Part shown: piece by piece, positions 59,283 through 64,000 of the stretch
Position numbering within the stretch: position 1 is the first letter of the stretch
Layout: every line of letters begins with the position of its first letter
Translations under genes and position numbers: made by a program
Assembly: GCA_031362565.1 (NCBI GenBank)
Contig: JANLSU010000047.1
Coordinates: 13,692 to 77,691 of the forward strand
Source: a bacterium
GTDB lineage: Bacteria; Krumholzibacteriota; Krumholzibacteriia; G020349025
Direction of reading: 5' to 3'
DNA: 64,000 nt
Notes under the pieces: generated by a model
Database searches by the model: none
What the model was told of the DNA's origin: nothing
What the model saw: only the letters and a program-made list of their open reading frames with translations

Positions 59283-59690
59283 ATGAGCCGTGTAGTCTCA
59301 GTGACGATTCGGCAGTTCGCAAAGCCGCTCGTTGAGGGGAACGCAAATGAGACGTGGGCGACCGCTTCGCACGTTGCGTTCACAACCGCGGTTGGACCTG
59401 CGCACTCCCCGTTCCAAAACGTGGTGCGCCTCGGTTCGTTAGGGGATGGACGACTGCGGGTTCGGCAGCCGATCACGGTCCAGCTGAGCCGCGAGGATGC
59501 GAGGGTCGTCGCAACGGCGCCGGAGATTGACGAACTGGGATTCGGCGCGGATTCTTCGGAAGCGATCCGCGATTTACAACGCGCGATTGTCTCTCTCTAC
59601 TTCACGTTGCGCGACGAAGAACAGTGTCTCGGGCCCGACCTGCAAAGAGTGTGGCGCATCCTGCGGGAACGGATCGTCGCAACCCGATGA
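59283..59690 (+). CDS. HicB-like (partial RNase H fold) protein
   Basis: VVATAPEIDELGFGADSSEAIRDLQRAI pattern. Confidence 0.6.
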   Translation: MSRVVSVTIRQFAKPLVEGNANETWATASHVAFTTAVGPAHSPFQNVVRLGSLGDGRLRVRQPITVQLSREDARVVATAPEIDELGFGADSSEAIRDLQRAIVSLYFTLRDEEQCLGPDLQRVWRILRERIVATR

Positions 59691-59946
59691 AGGCTCTAGA
59701 GTTTGCAGACTCATCGGCAAATACGAGTTCACAACGAGGGGAACAGATCACGTTCACGCCTGGCTCGTCGTGGACGGCAAACCAATCGTGCGCACGCGTC
59801 GATCCCTTGGGTCAGATGACCTCCCAGCGTCGGACAATATTCGCCAGCAACTCAAGCTCTCCGAAGCTCGACTACGCGATGCGATCAGTTGCCATCTTGG
59901 GTGTGACGAGTACATCAAGATCCTCCGCGCCAAAGACATTCTCTGA
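59687..59946 (+). pseudogene. HicA-like small protein, frameshifted near codon 7
   Basis: ATGA-coupled MKALEF continues in another frame as RLIGKYEFTTRG...RTRRSLG...IRQQLKLSE...EYIKILRAK. Confidence 0.55.
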
Positions 59947-60417
59947 GTGCCTTCTGTCTTCTTGGAGAGCGTAGGGAAGCGATGTCTGTTGCCAATCACG
60001 GTCGCCCGTCGAACTATGGACATGGCCGGGATTCCGGTTCTCGTTCCGGCGCGCGTATAGGGGTTGCGGGTACGGGAATGGGAATCAGTTATTGGTGGTG
60101 AGGGCGAAGCGACGACGAGGCACGGTCCGGCGTCGGCCGCGGGAGCAGGACGTGGGCTTTGGGCCGCTGCCCGCGCGTCGGAGCGCCACTCGTCGTGCCG
60201 CGCGCACCGCATGCGAAAGCGCCTCGACGGGTTCGATGGGCAGCTGATCAGTGGTCCGCCGCAGCTTTGGCATGACCCGCCGATACCGCTCCCCACTAGA
60301 ACCCACCATGGCGCGAGGCTCGCGTTGGTTCCCATTTCCGGGTCGAACATCGCCGTGCTATTGTTGCCATGAAGTCGGCAATGCTTTGAAACACTCGTCA
60401 TCAAGAGGAGGCGTACC

Positions 60418-60831
60418 GTGAGGGCACGCACGTTCTTCTACGTCAGCGTCGGAATTCTCTGCCTGGTGGTCGCATACAGCGTCGGTGCTCAAGTCGCTAG
60501 AGCTGACTTCGAACAGCGGCAAGGATCCATCGTGGGCTTCAGCTCCGGTACGATACTGCGCCGAGACGGCACCCTTTGGCACATACATCCGGGTGCCGAG
60601 CCCTCCACGGCCGAATGGCTGCAGGATGGCGCCGAGTGCGGTCAGTTGCCTCCGGGTGTCACCATCAACGACATCGTGTTTTGGGACTATTACAACATCA
60701 TAACAACCGCCGACGTTGGATGGCTTCGCCAGAATGCATGCAATGGCTGGGTTTCCGCAGGACCTATTCCGACGCCACCCGTAGGCGTGCAGTCTAGAAC
60801 CTGGTCCAACACGAAGCGATCGTACAGGTAG
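60418..60831 (+). CDS. Small secreted hypothetical protein with a C-terminal VQSRTWSNTKRSYR tail
   Basis: AGGAGG RBS, signal peptide, one Cys pair in the mature part. Confidence 0.7.
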   Translation: MRARTFFYVSVGILCLVVAYSVGAQVARADFEQRQGSIVGFSSGTILRRDGTLWHIHPGAEPSTAEWLQDGAECGQLPPGVTINDIVFWDYYNIITTADVGWLRQNACNGWVSAGPIPTPPVGVQSRTWSNTKRSYR

Positions 60832-61136
60832 GTCACACCGTTGTGCGCGAACGCGAGTGCTAGGCTTCTCGAACTTCGTTTGCGCGGATATCTGGTTCAG
60901 TCTGCCTTGTGAGACGGTGCGCCTTGCGCAAGTTGTGACGAGTGACCCTTAGCGGTGTGAATACCAAGGTCGATCATTGCGATAGTGACGACCACACTAA
61001 AACCGAGCAGGAGCGCATACACCGTCGCGAACTGGGCTTGACACTCGCTGACGGACGTGTAGCACGCGTGCATCCGCGTCGCGGGTCGGCGACAGAGCGG
61101 GCGTGAATGGGAAGTCGCTGTGCAAAGGGACTGACG

Positions 61137-61667
61137 ATGATGTGTCTGAGCGCAGAAGCGTGGTCCGCGCTGGTTAGCGCGACTGGCGTAGTGGTGGCTA
61201 TCATCGCGTTGATCGCTGAGAGCCGTAGGTCGCGGTTCGCGCAAGGCGTGGCCGTAATCATGCGACTCAACGACCAATTCGATTCGTCGGAATTCCGCGA
61301 TACGCGGGCCTGGGCCGCGGGCTACTTGGCCGGGCCGGATCGCTCGGCTGTTGGATATCACGCGGTCAAGGATGTCTTGAATTTCTTTGAGGCACTCGCC
61401 TACCTGCACAGGAAAGGCGTGGTGGACCTAGAGGCTTGCTCACATTTCTTTTCGGCGTTTGCAATTCCGTACTGGGCGGCCAGCTCTGAGTATCGGATCA
61501 AGCTCGTGAAAAAGGACCCACGAGTGTTCTCGGAAGCAGCGTGCTTTGTTGCCAAGCTTGAGGCACATGAGGACGCAGCTACCCCGCATGGAGCAGCAGT
61601 GCTCATCAGCGCGGATGCGATTCGTACGTTCCTGGCAAATGAGCAACAAGCAGCAGGCGCGGAGTAG
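61137..61667 (+). CDS. DUF4760-like membrane-anchored protein
   Basis: N-terminal TM; F.S.EFR..R and VLNFFEALAYLHRKGVVD motifs. Confidence 0.6.
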   Translation: MMCLSAEAWSALVSATGVVVAIIALIAESRRSRFAQGVAVIMRLNDQFDSSEFRDTRAWAAGYLAGPDRSAVGYHAVKDVLNFFEALAYLHRKGVVDLEACSHFFSAFAIPYWAASSEYRIKLVKKDPRVFSEAACFVAKLEAHEDAATPHGAAVLISADAIRTFLANEQQAAGAE

Positions 61668-61873
61668 GCGTAGGCATTTGTAATTCGTGCAGAAAGTTTT
61701 CAACGGATCGAGGGTCGATCCACCGAAGTGCCGTCGAGAGGACAAAGTGCAAGAGTGGGCAACAAGTTGCGGCCTGGACGAAGGCCGCGGTCAGATCCCC
61801 GCCGCCGGCCCGTCCGTGGGATCGCGCGCGTCGGCACGGCCACGAGTGGGGGAATTTGGGTGGCCGCCGGGGT

Positions 61874-62018
61874 CCGGAATGGCTGTCGGAACGCGAGCGT
61901 CTGCCCGGATTCGCTTCGCCGACAGGGGGGAAAGGTCCTAAAAACCTGGGTCCTCCAGGCGGGGGAAAGCATCTGAAAAACTCTGTCTGGAAGGGTCCCT
62001 TGCTTCTGAAAATCGACA
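61874..62018 (-). mobile_element. Isolated IS21-like left end
   Basis: Diverged direct copy of 63460-63570 with one extra internal repeat unit; begins TGTC on the minus strand. Confidence 0.65.
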
Positions 62019-62040
62019 AGAGGGTCATCGGCGCCTTGTC

Positions 62041-62455
62041 CTATCGCTGGGATCCCGCCGCGACCGACGGCGCCGCCCGCTCCTCCCAGCGCGCAACGTT
62101 CACGCCTTTGACGATGAGCCACAGCATCAACACCAACTCCGCCAGCCCGCCGACCGGCAGCACGAACCACTTGAGTGCGATCGCCAGCGGCGGGTACAGG
62201 AAGGTGCTCGCGCCCACCCCGGCGATCATCATCAGGACGCCGAAGATACGAGGCAGGAAGGTCGACTTGAAGATCAGATAGCCGAGCAGGAAGTCAAAGA
62301 GCGCAAACAGCACGAAGGAGATGTCGAACGTCTGCGAATAGAGCTTGAGACTCGCCCATGCTGCGGCCTGCAGCTGCTCGATCTTGAACGCGCTCAACAG
62401 TTGGTTGTCTCGCAGCACGACCAGGGGAGCGAGCTGCAGAACGCCGGCGATGATC
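62041..62455 (-). pseudogene. C-terminal fragment of a DUF4386-like membrane protein
   Basis: GYLIFKSTFLPRIFGVLM and AEL..MLWLIVKGVN...W motifs; the 5' half is missing. Confidence 0.7.
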
Positions 62456-62569
62456 TGTGTGGTACACCCGGAAGCCGGGTCGCGGCCTCAGTGGAAACAG
62501 CGGACGCCTATCTCAGGGCTCGCAGAGAGCGTAAGAAGGTTGAACTTCGAGCGAAGCACCAGTGACGCG

Positions 62570-62980
62570 GCCTCTCTGAGCGCCGTCCTGGGTGCACTCG
62601 GCTGGACCGCGTTGCCCGGCCGGGATTCACGCGCGCCGGGCGCGTCGCCAGCCGTCCTCGCAGTGGCGGTTCCTGCCGGAATGAATGTGGGGGCGCCGCT
62701 GCGGCGCTTGCCGGGCGCGCGGTGGTGATCCTCGGAGAAACGCGGACCGCGCCCGACGCGGAGCCCATCATCCGTTTGTACCTGCGCCGGTTGGATCGCG
62801 ACACGCTGGATCCGCTGCGTGGCACGGATCGCACCTGCGATTTCTCGGTGAGCAGCGACGGCCGGCGGATCCTGTTCGATTCGCAGCCCTCCGAACGCAG
62901 TCCCGAGCTCCGGACTTCGAAGATCGCGGTGGATGGGACCGGGCCCCGTGCCCCGTGGACCTCACCGCGATGGGCGCGAC
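62570..62980 (+). pseudogene. Internal fragment of a TolB/PD40-type propeller protein
   Basis: TM segment, frameshift near 62715, then RLYLRRLD...PLRGTD...SVSSDGRRILF. Confidence 0.45.
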
Positions 62981-62984
62981 CTGC

Positions 62985-63570
62985 TTGCAGCTCTTCGCCC
63001 GGCGCACAATGGAGGATCGGCACCGCGGTCGCACTGCGCCCGAACTCGACTTCGAGCACCGCGAAACGATGCAGCGTCGCATACGACACGTTCACGCCTT
63101 GCCGCTGCAAGAGCTTGCGGATCTTCGTCAGTCGTAAGCGCTGCGCCAAGTATTTGCGAATCGTGTCACGGTGCGCGGCGCAATCCGCCCAGCCCACCCC
63201 GCGATCGCGCTGCACACCTTTGTGCACGGCCACCCGCACACGGCACAGCATCTCCTCCGTCAGCGCCGGCCTCGCCCTGACCGCATTGCAGCCCTGCCGC
63301 CTTCGCGGCCCGCACGCAATGGCGCACCGTCTTCGGATCCACGCCAACGCGTGCCGCGACCCGCTTCTTCGGAATCCCGGCAAGCCAAAGCCGGATGATC
63401 TCTTTTGTCTCCACGATCGGCACCCCACGAAACGCCATTGACGCTCTCCGACCCGACGGCCGGAATGGCCGAAGGACCGCGAGCGCCTGCCCCGTTTCGC
63501 TGCGCCGACGGGCGGGGGAAGCATCTGAAAATCTCTGTCTGGAGGGGTCCCTAGCATCTGAAAATTGACA
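62985..63570 (-). mobile_element. istA: Truncated IS21-family element: left end plus frameshifted 5' part of istA
   Basis: ATG 63438: MAFRGV..KEIIRLWLAG..KKRVAARVGVDPKTVR. Frameshift near 63269. Then LRLTKIRKLL...SYATLHRF...PGEELQ, cut before the DDE core. The end begins TGTCAATTTTCAGATGC with internal repeats. Confidence 0.8.
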
Positions 63571-63744
63571 TCCAAATTCGCTGGCGCTATGGAAGGACAC
63601 GGTGCTGAAGCGTGGCCACGCGCTGTTCGAGAGCTCGGCGCCAGCGGAGCAGCACGTGAAGCAGATCGCCGAGCTCGAGCAGCTCCTTGGCCGCAAGGAG
63701 GCGGAGTTGCCCCCTTAATAAACTTTCTGGGACGGACCGTATGA
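63569..63744 (+). mobile_element. IS3-family OrfA C-terminal remnant
   Basis: HPNSLALWK...LF...QIAELEQLLGRKEAE, then a frameshift and NFLG; abuts the IS21 end. Confidence 0.6.
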
Positions 63745-64000
63745 CGACGTCGGAGAAGACGAGCGACTACAAGCCGCTTTGAAGCGGGCTTGTCTAACCG
63801 GCGAGGGCGGTGCCGCAGCGCACCCGTACAGCACCGCTTTCGCCCATCAAGCGAGACCACTGTAGCCTGCCAGTCTCTCCCACTCTGAATTAGGCATTCC
63901 GCGTCAGATTGTGGCGTCCTGAAAGGACGTTGCGAGCAGAGCTTTCCGCGACGTTTTGAGTCGCGTAGGCTTGCTCGCAACGGAGGACGTGCGACGCGGC

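Noticed and set aside
62508..63980. 490-aa minus-strand ORF as an intact transposase
   Set aside because: Only about 62985-63270 is IstA-like. The true start is in another frame, and the DDE core and istB are absent.
55200..64000. Integron cassette array (hairpins near 57200-57275, 60845-60885 and 63793-63843)
   Set aside because: No integrase, and no convincing paired RYYYAAC/GTTRRRY attC ends or regular cassette spacing.
1..64000. CRISPR array, tRNA or rRNA genes
   Set aside because: No regularly spaced repeats or recognisable structural RNA seen by eye. A covariance-model search is needed to exclude small RNAs.

Overview
High-GC diderm bacterial DNA. The repeated C-terminal FlgD-Ig/CTD-like domains and W-S-x-x-K-x-x-Y-R tails suggest an FCB-related lineage such as Latescibacterota, Krumholzibacteriota or Eisenbacteria (inference only). 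Layout: (1) 0-9.8 kb: partial sortase, a large secreted copper-radical oxidase, a putative glycoside hydrolase, general-stress genes and an outer-membrane barrel. (2) 9.8-25.6 kb: a Wzx/Wzy-type exopolysaccharide locus. Its operon unusually begins with phosphosulfolactate synthase (comA), phosphosulfolactate phosphatase (comB) and an ATP-grasp ligase, and also holds a degenerate GGDEF protein, a Wzx-Wzy fusion, a deacetylase and an alginate-lyase-like gene. This is the best candidate for a new system: a sulfolactyl-decorated (sulfonated) polysaccharide. (3) 25.7-55.2 kb: M48 peptidase, a ~3,530-aa modular subtilase, DUF2330, an AAA+/DUF4143 ATPase with palindromic operators, thiI, a heme-copper oxidase operon, an ion transporter, a response regulator and an M1 aminopeptidase. 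(4) 55.2-64 kb: an accessory islet with PIN, XRE-IrrE/PIN and HicB/HicA-like modules, gene fragments and IS21/IS3 remnants. No rRNA, tRNA or CRISPR array was recognised. All family calls are by eye from motifs; no database searches were run.
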